Shown here piece by piece: positions 11,409-25,212 of a DNA stretch of 64,000 bases. This DNA comes from Albugo candida (lineage: Eukaryota). How positions within the stretch are numbered: position 1 is the first letter of the stretch; each line of letters starts with the position of its first letter. The stretch lies in NCBI GenBank assembly GCA_040437565.1, contig JBDOQK010000032.1, positions 186,001-250,000 on the forward strand, read 5' to 3'. The notes below the pieces were generated by a model. The model was not told the origin of the DNA. It ran no database searches and worked only from the letters and a program-made list of their open reading frames with translations. The translations under genes and the position numbers were made by a program.

Positions 11409-13260
11409 TTATTCACATACGCCATCGTGTGACATCAAATAGGCGATCACGTCTTGAGCATAACGAGAAATGTCGTCATCGTCATCGAAATTTTGCTGCT
11501 CCGTTTCTTTCATTTCTTTCATCGTGAGTCTGAATAATGGGACCACCTTTTCAGCAAGGCGCTTATAGTGCATGCATACTTGCTTTTCACCTCGGATAAA
11601 AAATAATGCCTGTATTCGATTTGAATACAATGGGTATTCTTTCGAATTCAAAATCGCCTGATCTTCTTCCAGAGTTGTAGGGTATTGATTGAGTTGTGTC
11701 TCTGCCAGCATTTTAAGTAAATTTAGTGCTGCAATCTCATTTTTGAACGATATCGGAGGCGATGCATGAGCCGGACTTCGCATTTTCATGCTCGAGAATT
11801 CATATTCCGTGGCTACAATCAGCCTCGCGAAACTGAAACCTTCTCTTGTGTTTGAATCTGAGTGTGAACAACTCAGTCGAGCATTCATTGTGAATATACC
11901 ACTTTCATGAAGATATGAGGTCTTGTCGTACAGTAATTGGCCATCCGCGGGATCCAACTGAAAATCAACCATAATTTCGTTGGGATTGCTGCCATCCTCT
12001 TCCGTATTATCTTCTACCGCAAAGCCATAATTTAACAGAAAACGATGATTACATTTCTTTCCATATGAATCGTAGACTTGAGCTCCGGAGCAGATCGATT
12101 CTAGCGACGTTATCGTAAACCCATCCAACTTCTGATCGAAGGTCCAGCTACAGATTGCATATTCGCACACTCAGGTATGAAAAGACACAAAACCCATTTC
12201 TCACCTTGTTTCTCGTGGACGATAATGATTCAACATGTCTGCAAAGGGAACTAGTGCAGCAGTCTTCACTCCGTCGATCGTCAAGCCAAAGTTTCGACTG
12301 CAGACAATCATGCGAGCCCAAGAAAATCGTTCTAAAGAAAACCGAGAAAATGATGGATCCACCTAAATATTAACCAGCATGTAACTAAGTCAGTTTTTTC
12401 AAGTCAGATCATCATTGTGGTACCCTGCAGATGGTGTCATAATCTTTTCTAATTGCCGCTTTTCGTTCTTGTATCTGATGTACAATGTAAGATCCTTGCA
12501 GCCATTTTAGTTCGTCGTTGGACCAGAATATCGGCATATTTTTTAAAGTGGAGGGAAGAGTGCTATAGTAGTATCTGAAAAATGTTTGGTCCATCTTGAT
12601 TGAAATACATAGAAATGTTACAAAAAAGCTGCTGCAATTACGTAAGCGCATGTGTTCTACCTTCTCCATGTCAGTCAGCAGATAAAGCATTAAAAAGATG
12701 TGCTTTGGCGCCACAAACTCAATATTGTGCGCCAAGACTTTCTGTCCAATCTCAGTTTGTTTGCCCATTTCGACTGTTATAAGACAATTCTTTGGAATGA
12801 ACAATATACGTTCTCCTGGGACGAGCTCATTTCGACAGTGCACTCCCCTAACTTCAGGTGCATATTGCTGTAGCATCAACTTCTTCGTGTCTGCACCCTG
12901 ATTCTCTAACCACTCTATTAGCTCCACCCCCACAACATCTTTCTCCACGTCAGCTACATCTTCCATTATGACTCGATCCGAATTGACGGTAGCATTTGAA
13001 CTGGAATGCTGCGGTTTGGAGCTAGTAGTCTGTAAAGGCTGCTGCTTCCATTGCTCAAACGTTTGCTTATCCATTGGTGGTGAGGTACTCGAACTGTCGC
13101 TTGCTAGTATGGGAGGCGTAGTAATAGTATTTGGATATGAGTTGCTAGCATGGATCACGCCAGGTGCACTAGACTTCTTCTCTTTAGGTGGAGCCACAAC
13201 ATTCAAATTTACCGCCTTCTCGGATGTCAGCACATCAGAATGGATGTGTTGGTCTGCCAT
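11409..13260 (-). CDS. SET-domain protein lysine/histidine methyltransferase (Rubisco LSMT / SETD3-like family)
   Basis: Manually spliced exons 13260-12661, 12594-12424, 12362-12205, 12147-11409 with GT-AG introns. Motifs RGVHC, WARMIVCSRNF, LVPFADMLNH, QVYDSYG...LLNYGF and an LSMT substrate-binding C-terminus. Confidence 0.9.
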
Positions 13261-15143
13261 TCCTACCAAACACTACCGTGTATTACCAATTTAGAGGTCA
13301 ATCCACGAAATTGTAAGTCAATAGATGCAATAGTGTTATATCATGGAACGGTAGAATCAAAGTCCCATTCAGCTTAAAAATGGTTGCTTTTCAGCAGCTT
13401 GTATTAAGCACAACACATACACATACTATAATCGTAAACTCCTACAAACTTATCTCCAGCCATGCTGTCAGAGCTCCATACACATTTTACTGAGAAGTGG
13501 GACTGTTACGTTTTTTAAATACAAAGTTTCTCTCGCTTTTCGAGAAACTGCAATACCTTTCGTTTAAAAAAGCCGCATAAGATACCAAATGAACTTTCAT
13601 TACTAATGACGCGTGTCGTAGCATTGTCCGTCGTTATTACCACGTCAACCCGAATCTCAAAGGAGGGTGTGGAAGGGGATTCACATATAAAGTTGAACAG
13701 CTATCGTTACAACGTAATATTAAGGAAACCCACGAGAATGTNNNNNNNNNNNNNNNNNNNNNNNNNNNNNNNNNNNNNNNNNNNNNNNNNNNNNNNNNNN
13801 NNNNNNNNNNNNNNNNNNNNNNNNNNNNNNNNNNNNNNNNNGTCCCATTCAGCTTAAAAATGGTTGCTTTTCAGCAGCTTGTATTAAGCACAACACATAC
13901 ACATACTATAATCGTAAACTCCTACAAACTTATCTCCAGCCATGCTGTCAGAGCTCCATACACATTTTACTGAGAAGTGGGACTGTTACGTTTTTTAAAT
14001 ACAAAGTTTCTCTCGCTTTTCGAGAAACTGCAATACCTTTCGTTTAAAAAAGCCGCATAAGATACCAAATGAACTTTCATTACTAATGACGCGTGTCGTA
14101 GCATTGTCCGTCGTTATTACCACGTCAACCCGAATCTCAAAGGAGGGTGTGGAAGGGGATTCACATATAAAGTTGAACAGCTATCGTTACAACGTAATAT
14201 TAAGGAAACCCACGAGAATGTTTCTGCTGGCTTGATGATCTAACGTTACAAGGCACACTTAAGGAGGTCGCACATCTTTCTGTGATTCAGGTGGCGTGCC
14301 TTGCTTGCTTGTAGATAGAGTAGTGGCTGAGCTTCACATACTTGTTGGTCGTCATTCAAGAAAGCAGTAGAGAGCAACGTAAAAGAAATACCATGGTTTT
14401 GTGCTTATAGTGGCGTGAGTGTCCGAAAAGCCAGCTAGCTAGCTCTCCGAGTCTACTTGATCAATTTTCGACGTGTGCGGAGAGGTTCAAAGAAGGTGAT
14501 GGCCACGGAAGCATGGCTTTGGTATGCAAAAATCTATGCCGTCGAAAACGTATTCTCTTATTAGCTTTCTTTACATTACCCAGAAGGCAATATAATATGC
14601 AGTATAATTCTCGTGATCAGCGCGCCTTTTAGATAAATGCAAATTTCTAGTGATTCTATGTCGTGTTCTCTGATGATATTTTCAACAAGTGACGCTGTAC
14701 AGCCGATTTGCGGCAACATATTTCCCTAAAGAAGATAATCTTTACTTTGCTAGTCTTCAATGCACGATCTAAGGCAATACATTTAGTAACGAAACGAAAA
14801 GCCAACATGACGTAGGCGTCTTTGCCCTGTAGTATGCCTGTACTCTCCAGTATCGGCAAGGGGCTTTGATTACGTCGACATCCAACTGTCATAGATTTGA
14901 CTGAATGTCTTGGCCAGCAACGAGCTCATAGAAATCATCTCTTCCGGCAGTTAAATAATACGTTCACTAGTAGACGTACGATTCGCAGGAACGAGACTTT
15001 CGGTCATGAATGAGACTTCTTATATCACATGAGTGTAGAGCGAGCAAGGTATCAAATCTATTACACCAGGAACCAATCATTTTTTATATGCTAGGTACTT
15101 CCTAGTCTAATTGTTGAATACCCACGCAGTAAATGAAGTATGC

Positions 15144-15812
15144 CTATGCCCCTTTTGATTTATTTCCACGTCGGGACGACTTCTCACCAGATCTATCTGT
15201 TTGTCAAGAAACATGAGATTCGTTTGCCAAGCAATAAGAAACAATCATACCTTTCTGGAAAGCCCAATTCACCGATATTTGCCGCCCAAGAATCTCTTTC
15301 TCATCCATTCGAATCATGGCTTCTTTTGCGGCGTCAAAATTCTCAAACTCTAACAACGCGTAGCCTTTGACAAAGCCCGTTCTTCTATCGAGATTCATAT
15401 GTATGTTTTTCACTTGTGCGTGCTCACCAAAGGCATCTAGGACATCCTCTTCCTGAGCTTCTTCGTGAATACCTGTGACAAAAAGAATCCATCCCTCGAT
15501 CGATTTAAGAGCCTTATCATGATTCTTCTCTGTATTTCGATTTCTCAGACTTTTTGTGACCTCATCTTTCCCACCCGCATTCTCTTCCTGCTCAAGTTTT
15601 TCAAAGATCCCTGCAGCATCGGGATATCGCTCTTCATCCATCGCAGCTCTTCCTTTTCCACGGCCTTTTATACGTCGAGATTTTTCTTCCTTTCCTGATT
15701 CATCATTGTGCTCACTCTTATCTCTATCTTTCCTTTCAGTATTGATCTTCGAATCTTCCTCCTCTTCCATCGCCATCGCGGCATCGCTCTCATAGTCTAC
15801 TTCTTCCGCCAT
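15144..15812 (-). CDS. RBM8A: RNA-binding protein 8A / Y14 (exon junction complex core)
   Basis: KGRG motif, then RRM SIEGWILFVTGIHEEAQEED...NIHMNLDRRTGFVKGYALLEF...VNWAF. Intron 15250-15197 leads to a short last exon with stop at 15144. Possible in-frame 48-nt intron at 15560-15513. Confidence 0.93.
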
Positions 15813-16292
15813 GCCGAATAGTAAATGTTGTTCGAATGTCAAGATGACTGCTCAATACAAGACTGCTGTGGAGTTTGGAGCACGAGTTATGCATTATGTC
15901 TGTAAACTACTCCGTGCTTGTCCAGATATGCAGAGTTGTATTCGGTCATGCAGGCTTGTTCGTATCAGAGAAATTGTGCACGCAACAAGAACGTGCAAAG
16001 CTCGGCTGCATCCAATTCAATTGCTTAAGATCGATGTGATACAGAGAATTGATATTCAGGAGACCTTAGAGCAACATTAGATACTAAAACGATGTTTGTA
16101 ATCAAAGCAGCAATGTTGAAAGGNNNNNNNNNNNNNNNNNNNNNNNNNNNNNNNNNNNNNNNNNNNNNNNNNNNNNNNNNNNNNNNNNNNNNNNNNNNNN
16201 NNNNNNNNNNNNNNNNNNNNNNNTAATCAAAGCAGCAATGTTGAAAGGAAACTTGGGAAGAATCCTCGCATGCTTAAATGAATCACTGAGAA

Positions 16293-19200
16293 TCACGATA
16301 AAAGCTCGAAATATGCATCTTCGGCGTATCGGTCTACGCGTGAAGCTTCACGACGACGTCGTGCAACTGCCAAGACAATAACTCCAAGAAAGGCACTTCC
16401 CATGATAGCAAGTTGGGCGACATGGTTTTGTGCTTTTGTGATGTATGATGTTGCCGCATTCGAAGCTGAAGCCAGTACACGTCCTGCCACTCTAGTGTAC
16501 CCTTCATCCTTCTTATTGAAGCCTGTATGATTCTTCAAAGCACCTTCCTTGTCAAGCTCAAAGTTTTTATCCAAAGCTTGTTCGCTTGCCCCAACATTGC
16601 CAGCTGGATTTTCAAACATCGGTTTGGATTCATTTTTTTCTAGTGCAATGAGGCTTGTGTATGGATTGTTCGCCGATGTCGAAGTAAGATTTGCTGCTGG
16701 TTGATACTTCCTTTGTTTTCTCGTTTTGTTAGATGCGGCTTGTGGGTAATTTTGCTTCTGTAGTTGATCTCCTCCACCCGTCGGTGAAGCAACTGCACCC
16801 AGGTTTCCTTCAACGCGATCTTGAGGGCCATTGCTACCTACGACAGTGAACCCTTGCGCTGAAGCTCCAACTTCGTTACTTGGACATGGTGCCGGGCTAC
16901 CTTCCGAATATACGGACCCTCCAGCACCGATAGCTCCTTGGCCATTCACCTGAGCTTCAGAATTCATTCCTCCGAGACCGACAGATCCTTGTCCGTGGAT
17001 GTTACCTCCAGCACCAACAGATCCTTGACCATTCACCTGTGCTCCAGGATTGTTTCCTCCTAAACCAAGCGATCCTTGTCCTTGGATCAGAGGTATGTTA
17101 CCTCCAGCGCCGACGGAACCTTGACCATTCACCTGAACCACGGGTAGGATGCCCCCAACTCCAACTGACCTTTGCCCTTTGATGAGGCCTAGAATATTTC
17201 CTCCAACAGATGCTTGTACTTGACCTGGCCCTCTTGCTGAGTTACTGTTTGGTCCCGAGTATTCATTTCTCTGATCGGAAGCTCTAGGTGTATTATTACT
17301 TTCGTCAGCGTATCCTCTGATCGGAGCTTGAGGCGTTGGTACATCATTTCTTCCATTAACGTATCCTTGACCATTGTTTTGATACGAAGGGATGTTGCTT
17401 CGTTTACTCGCCTGTCCAACACCAAGAATCTGGCTTAGAGGGAGAAGAAGACCTCCAAGAATTCCCTGTCCTTTATTCGAACCGGGAGAGTAATTTCCAT
17501 TTGCACCGACAGATCCTTGACCATTAACCTGTGCTCCAGGATTATTTCCTCCAAGACCGAGTGATCCTTGTCCATTGACTTGAAGTAGTGGAATGTTACC
17601 TCCAGTACCGACGGATCCTTGACCATTCACCTGAGCTCCAGGATTGTTTCCTCCAAGACCGAGTGACCCTTGTCCTCTAACTTGAACTAGCGGAATGTTA
17701 AGTCCACCACCGACGGATCCTTGACCATTCACCTGAGCTCCAGGATTGTTTCCTCCAAGACCGAGNNNNNNNNNNNNNNNNNNNNNNNNNNNNNNNNNNN
17801 NNNNNNNNNNNNNNNNNNNNNNNNNNNNNNNNNNNNNNNNNNNNNNNNNNNNNNNNNNNNNNNNNACCGACGGATCCTTGACCATTCACCTGAGCTCCAG
17901 GATTGTTTCCTCCAAGACCGAGTGACCCTTGTCCTCTAACTTGAACTAGCGGAATGTTAAGTCCACCACCGACGGATCCTTGACCATTCACCTGAGCTCC
18001 AGGATTGTTTCCTCCAAGACCGAGCGACCCTTGTCCTCTAACTTGAACTAGCGGAATGTTGACTCCACCACCGACGGATCCTTGACCATTCACCTGAGCT
18101 CCAGGATTGTTTCCTCCAAGACCGAGCGACCCTTGTCCTCTAACTTGTACGAGCGGAATGTTAACTCCACCACCGATGGATCCTTGACCATTCACCTGAG
18201 CTCCAGGATTGTTTCCTCCAAGACCGAGCGACCCTTGTCCTCTAACTTGAACTAGCGGAATGTTAAGTCCACCACGGACGGATCCTTGACCATTCACCTG
18301 AGCTCCAGGATTGTTTCCTCCTAGACCAACCGACCCTCTTCCTTGGATTAACGGTATGTTTCCTCCACCACCGACGGAGCCTTGACCGTTTATCTGAGCT
18401 AAAGGACTGATTTCATTACCAAAAGAATTCTGCCCCCCAATAAACCATTTTTCTGATTTTATCCTTTGCGGAATCATTATATCCGTTTCTTGACCAGCGT
18501 TACCTTCAGGCCCTTGACCGTGAGCTTGGTCAACAAAACGCCGATTTCTGTCGTTCTCTGCACTAATAGATGGGTTATTTTCAAAATCGCCGTTGGCACG
18601 AGCGCGTATTTGACCCCAAACTGGACGTTCACTGCCTTCCACATCAGCAACCTCTTGATTGACATCCAGAATTTGAGGTGAGTCGCTAGCGATATTTTGT
18701 GTACGCATTGTAAGAGACTGGATAGATGGATCTTCGTTGGTCTCTAATGTCGGTTGCAATTCTCCATTCATCTCAGCAGATTGTTGCTCCATTTCACTAA
18801 GTTCATTTGGATGCTCAAATACAAAACGTTTTCGATCTGAAGCGACCTGTTCATCAGCTATTCCAGTAGCATCTTGAATAGATTCATCGGAAAGAAGAGT
18901 ATTAGCTGTTAAGACCTTGTAGTTGGAGTTCTCTTGGCGATAATTGCCACTTTTTGGCGCAGGTGATGGTCGTTTTGGCTCACAACGATACAGACTTTTT
19001 GCGTTGCCCTGTGATTGTAATATCGGTACACAAGCTGTCTGGGCACCGCAGGTCGGGCAGCATTCCTGCTGCATATTCGAAAGCACTGTTCTGCGATCGG
19101 GTGTCATGAAAATGTGATCACCATAACATAGTTCATATGCAGAAGATTTTGTTGCTGGGCAAGTATCATACTTGCATTTCGCATCTGGTACAGCCTTGTC

Positions 19201-22200
19201 CGATTCATCACAAACGGCGGTCAGAAAGGTTTGATCACATGTGTGTGTCTCACTTCCACCAGCGTGATTCGTGTAACTGAAATCACATCGTGCGACAATG
19301 GAGTTAGTAGACTTTGGGGCACGAGCTAGATCAATAGCAAAATGCTTTACAACTTGCGAATTTGTGTTTTCCACTCGCAGAATCTCAATAGATGAAGCTC
19401 CTTCGTACTCCATTGTACACATAATGTTGCAGATGCCCATGTCAGGACTATTTTGTGAGTTTTTCGATCCAAGACTAGGATGATAGTCAAATGTTAGCTC
19501 CAAAAAGTTGCTTTTTTTATACGAGCACAGCGTGTTGCTAACTCTAGAATGCGGCGTTGTCGTCTGGTACCACATGCTTGGGAAGCTATTACAAATGGTG
19601 ACAGGAGGATTACGACGCAGCACAATACTGAAGGGAAAGCGATATGCGAGACCGCACTGCGTCCAAGCCTCCACAATAATTTCAGTCTCTTTGGTTTTCC
19701 ACGTATGTTCTTGATTTTCCGAGAATTGTTGCCATTGCGACAGACCGTCACTGACGACTTTGTATCGCCAGAAAACATATTCTGCGGCCGAAAACTCGCT
19801 ATTTTTTCCCGGGATATCGAAGCTGAAATACTCACGACGCACAATTAGACTGTTTACTGAGGCTTTGAGTACGCAATCTGGCTGAGAATCCGTGCAATCC
19901 AGTGAAACATGGATTTCAGTCCGTGTTTGAAGTTCTCCATTCGGTAGGCTTTTCTTGACAATTGTCGACTCATTAATGTAGGATGGTGCAACAGCTGCGG
20001 TAGCAGTAACAAGAGTGTTACCGTGAGTTTGTAGGCATTGATCCAACTCGCATCCTTCGCCAAAGGTACCCTCACATCGCTCAGTATAGAATTTGAATTT
20101 GCAATTGTAGTCGACCCATCTCTCTTGGAGCTTCATTGAAAGTCTGCAGCATCTCTGACACTGCCCTTCGGCGACCGGAAAAGACTTTTGCAATATATCA
20201 CTCTTTCCAAATGGGTTCTTCTTCGTCGATGCGCTTCGTAATAGGGACATTCGAAATTGCTCCGTGTTAAAGCACTCTTGGCCTGAACGATAATTACTTT
20301 GCTTTTTATATGTTGTCGCATGGAAGTCTTTCATCTCAAAAAGCTCTTCATCACAGCGATTCTGCACACTACACGCATCGTTGGAGGCCGTTTGTTGAAC
20401 CTTGTAAAGGTTCATGATTGCAGCATTTGCTCGTTTCAGATTGGAAGATGTCGCCTCGGCGAATCCAACACTAGACTGACATTCCGGGCCTTCGCAAAAT
20501 CGACTAGGACAAGTTTCTGTCCTCCTCGGACGAGTTTGGTCGACAATAGCCAGACAACCCTCACATTTCGACGAGGATGTCTTGGGAGTCTTCCCTTCTT
20601 TACCGTACGACCCTGTTACATCATAAGCTGTCAACGAAAGCTTATATTGACCATAACCGGAAAACGTTAATTTGTCGACTCTTGATGGTCCATTCTTCTG
20701 ATAGTCGATCCAGCCGTATGTAGCTGGAACCGAGGATGGGAAAGATTCCGGGTAGCCTTTCACTTTATTAGGTGTTACATCGGAAGGAATTGATTGTTTC
20801 TGGTCGCATTCCTTCCCTTTAGATTGACTATTGATCGATTTAAGGTCGTAGACAGCAACTGATTTTCTTTCAGCTCGAAGCTCGATACGTGAATCAGCCG
20901 ATACAGTTTTGTCGTCAACAAATGCTGTTCTTTTCCCTGAAACATAGCTGTCAATAGGGAAAGGAGCCGGGATTTTCCAGCTGCTGGAGATGTTGGTGAA
21001 TCTGCACTGCGGTAAGTAATCCCCAGGTTTTACTGCGTGGTAAAATGGACCCTCATTGCTCCAGGTACAAGGACATTGATCAGACTCCTTACGGCTGCAT
21101 GTGGATCCATAACGATCAGAAACCATTTTGTACCCTGCTGGGCAATCACAGAAACAACTCGGATTGTTCGAGGCATCGACATACGATACAGGAATCCCAT
21201 TTTTGAGTTTGGGGCACTTCCAGGAGCGAATCGAGGCAAATGGATTGTACAAAGAAACATCACTTGCTTTTTTGAGCTTGAAACCTTTGGTGGTGTTTGT
21301 TTTGCAAATCGATCCGGAGTCACAAAATTCAAAGTTGAAAATATTCTCGATCTGAGCGTTCTGTTCATATGAAGTCACCTGTTTGAAAGACGTAACGTCA
21401 TTGCAGAAGCTAACTACAGCCGCTGGTCTATCTGCCTCGGTTGAAGACGAGAAATTCAACGAGACTTTTCCATAGGAACTGAAAGAAGCAGCTCGTTTAC
21501 GATTCCGCNNNNNNNNNNNNNNNNNNNNNNNNNNNNNNNNNNNNNNNNNNNNNNNNNNNNNNNNNNNNNNNNNNNNNNNNNNNNNNNNNNNNNNNNNNNN
21601 NNNNNNNNCCTCCTCGGACGAGTTTGGTCGACAATAGCCAGACAACCCTCACATTTCGACGAGGATGTCTTGGGAGTCTTCCCTTCTTTACCGTACGACC
21701 CTGTTACATCATAAGCTGTCAACGAAAGCTTATATTGACCATAACCGGAAAACGTTAATTTGTCGACTCTTGATGGTCCATTCTTCTGATAGTCGATCCA
21801 GCCGTATGTAGCTGGAACCGAGGATGGGAAAGATTCCGGGTAGCCTTTCACTTTATTAGGTGTTACATCGGAAGGAATTGATTGTTTCTGGTCGCATTCC
21901 TTCCCTTTAGATTGACTATTGATCGATTTAAGGTCGTAGACAGCAACTGATTTTCTTTCAGCTCGAAGCTCGATACGTGAATCAGCCGATACAGTTTTGT
22001 CGTCAACAAATGCTGTTCTTTTCCCTGAAACATAGCTGTCAATAGGGAAAGGAGCCGGGATTTTCCAGCTGCTGGAGATGTTGGTGAATCTGCACTGCGG
22101 TAAGTAATCCCCAGGTTTTACTGCGTGGTAAAATGGACCCTCATTGCTCCAGGTACAAGGACATTGATCAGACTCCTTACGGCTGCATGTGGATCCATAA

Positions 22201-23060
22201 CGATCAGAAACCATTTTGTACCCTGCTGGGCAATCACAGAAACAACTCGGATTGTTCGAGGCATCGACATACGATACAGGAATCCCATTTTTGAGTTTGG
22301 GGCACTTCCAGGAGCGAATCGAGGCAAATGGATTGTACAAAGAAACATCACTTGCTTTTTTGAGCTTGAAACCTTTGGTGGTGTTTGTTTTGCAAATCGA
22401 TCCGGAGTCACAAAATTCAAAGTTGAAAATATTCTCGATCTGAGCGTTCTGTTCATATGAAGTCACCTGTTTGAAAGACGTAACGTCATTGCAGAAGCTA
22501 ACTACAGCCGCTGGTCTATCTGCCTCGGTTGAAGACGAGAAATTCAACGAGACTTTTCCATAGGAACTGAAAGAAGCAGCTCGTTTACGATTCCGCTCTT
22601 CCCTTGCATCGTAGGATGCCAAATTTCGAGAATTTGCGTATGACTCGTCCGCATTAATGTCTTTTTGGTAACTGGTTCCTGCTTGAGTTTGGCAATTCCC
22701 TTTAACGATCACAGTCTGAAATTTGAGTTGAACATTATCTCTGGTCTTCAAATACTTGTTTGTATCTGACTTGCTGCCTAATTGATCGACCCAATTCTTA
22801 ATTATCGCAAAATTGCTGTCATCCAAGCAGTCGGAAATCGCAAGTACGACAACGACTGAATTTCCACTTTGCACTTTGGTGTCCAAAGTACACGGAATCA
22901 GATTGCTACGATCATTAGCAGTGGTTTGTAAGACGGAGTATGGAAGTGGTGAGCGAGAAAATTTTTCGAACAACACATCTTTACAATTAGAATTGTCAAT
23001 TCTAGTAGTTCTCACTGAAAGGTACAGCCAAGAAAGCACTAGGTACTTCAATGGGCTCAT
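16293..23060 (-). CDS. Large secreted/type I membrane protein: signal peptide, Cys-rich ectodomain, Gly-rich tandem repeats, C-terminal TM helix and short tail
   Basis: ATG at 23060 (MSPLKYLVLSWLYLSV, signal-like). One continuous reading is obtained after removing the artefactual duplicate 20521-21508 and bridging the gaps at 21509-21608 and 17766-17865. TM LAIMGSAFLGVIVLAVA is followed by RRRR and the tail DAYFELLS. Confidence 0.8.
16920..18400. repeat. Coding tandem repeat, 102-bp (34-aa) unit made of two 51-bp (17-aa) subunits
   Basis: Near-identical units such as ACCGACGGATCCTTGACCATTCACCTGAGCTCCAGG recur at 17866, 17968, 18070 and onward. They encode GQGSLGLGGNNPGAQVN / GQGSVGGGVNIPLVQVR and degenerate towards both ends. 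Interrupted at about 17200-17480. Confidence 0.92.
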
Positions 23061-23916
23061 CGTGAATCCCGAACACTTTTCAATAAATTTGAAAGATCTC
23101 AACTATTCGATGCGCTCTTCAGCAGTCTATGAAAAAGTAAAAGTGAGCTGAGGGTACGATCTTTTTCAAGCTGCAAAAACAAATACCAGGGGACTGCTCT
23201 CGGAAATTGGCGACTATCGAATGAAGAGTCTCGCGACTCTGACCGTGTGACACGTTTTCAGATAGTCTGAGCGGCGGAACGACGCTACCCAAAAGGCACA
23301 AGTGCATGCTAGGGTCTCGGTGTGACGAAGCAAAAATACTAGACCAAATATCAGATTTTTGTGTCGGTATTGGTATCCGTTGCTAATTTCGGTGTTTCTG
23401 ACTGCTTTTTCAAATCTTCTTTGCTATTTATTATATCGCTATATCAATTGTCTTGCACATGCCTTTCTCTTCGAGCACAGTAATTCTAGTTTTTATTGTT
23501 TAAAGTCAGAGCTGCTTGAGTCTTTAAGATTGTGCAAACCCAAAGCTAGTGTTTACGTTTTTGCATACTACCTAGTTTTGGACTAAATTAGTACTCACAT
23601 CACTAAAAGCACCTGCTCCATCGTGATGTTTGATCCATATCAAGCAACTCTACTATAAAAACTGCTTCCAAGGGAACGATCACCTAACGAAGTAATAATG
23701 CCAAAGGTCAAGATTTGGATCTTTGCATAGGTAGTTTCACTTATTCCGAGCATTAGCTGTAGTAATTTTGACGCACTATTTTTAATCTGGCTAAATCCTG
23801 TGCTCCAATCACATGATACGTCCCAGATACTCTTTTCTCAAATAGCTTTGGTCTTCTTTGGCAAATTGATACCTAAGGCTCTTGGCCATCCATTTATAGC
23901 TACACAATTCTCCATT

Positions 23917-24694
23917 ATGCGCGCAAAGTCTCTCAAACTACTCATCCAGGAACGATTGCGAGCGAAAATTGTTCGTGAGGATGGGGCAGAAAATGGCGGT
24001 GTACAGCGATCTGTCACGCCATCGTCTATATATCCCGAGATATTCAATTCTTTAGTATTTTGCAACTCGAACCTGACTGGCAAGATACTCGCATCGGCCG
24101 TGTCGACTGAACATAAACAGAGAGAAATAGCGCCCGAGATCGATCCCATACTGGATGTGTCGACTTCAAGTACATTCTATGATAAAGTTGAGTCCCCTGA
24201 CGAATTTGAACATCCAAAGTATGACAAACATATCTTCCGAGACAATTCTCAGCTAGGTGAAGGTTCTGAATGTGGAACGGAGGTCTGTTTCATGATGGAT
24301 TCTACCCCGGTTTTTTGTCATGCCGAAAGAATCATAAGCCCACCAAACAGTGTCTTTAGTTTTTCGCAACCTTCATTTCCGGCTAATCGACCCATGTTAA
24401 CCGAATTGTCGGCTGATACGAATCTCCACGAAGAAAAGATGGGAACAAAACGAAAGGCTGATGCGCAAATTCTTTTACGGGCCGTCCAAGGATCTGCAGC
24501 AGTAAGTTTTTGCATTAATACGTAGACACATTCATTGTGACTCAACCATTTTGAATTGCCAGGCATTTGTAGAAAAACGAAGACGACGTGCTCCACAGCT
24601 GACACCACGTACACTTGCGACCCAGCGATGGATGCACTCTTTGAGCTCAACCTTAAATGTGAAATGTGTTTCAAATTGTGATGTTTGTTTGTAA
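23917..24694 (+). CDS. Hypothetical protein
   Basis: ORF from ATG 23917. A plausible GTAAGT...CAG intron at 24502-24562 joins in frame to a 44-codon exon (AFVEKRRRRAPQLTPR...). No recognisable domain. Confidence 0.45.
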
Positions 24695-25212
24695 AACCCA
24701 TTGAAATGACTTTTAGCTACCAATTTTATTTTCTTGTTTTACAGGATCATTAGAATGTAATCATATATGTGACTTGATAAGCGTTGATGTAAATTAAACA
24801 TTTTCGATCGAATATTTGTAGGTGCATTTGCATTACTTTGAAGCCCATAGCTGTGACGAAAGCGTACAGTGCAAAAAATGCCGATATCGATGATTCTACG
24901 TCGACTTGTTGGAATTTTATAATTAGTTTTTTTTCTCGTGAGATAATTGCTCGACTATTAGGCTGCGATTTGGCACGCAATGTCCACGCTGACATCATCC
25001 GATCTACACATCAAAAGAAGTTCAACTAGAGTACGAGCTCCTCCGGGAGGTGCATCAAATCTCTCATTTGGTGAGTCTAGCACGTCCGGCTACTCGTACT
25101 CTATTGTCTTCGTTATCGCTTTGTACTAGGTCCGGGTGGCTTTGGTGCTATTTCTGATCAAGTCGGATACAGCAATGCTCAAAATGATATCATCTCATGC
25201 CACACCAGTCGA

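Noticed and set aside
9625-13269. Tandem pair of SET methyltransferase genes
   Set aside because: The identical copies flank a gap and the first lacks its 5' end at the gap edge.
13270-15140. Possible gene or RNA gene in the 1.9-kb SET-Y14 interval
   Set aside because: Only short ORFs without motifs, part of the length is gap duplication, and no tRNA/rRNA signature was seen.
17480-18400. CRISPR-like repeat array
   Set aside because: The units are contiguous in-frame coding repeats without unique spacers, in a eukaryotic gene.
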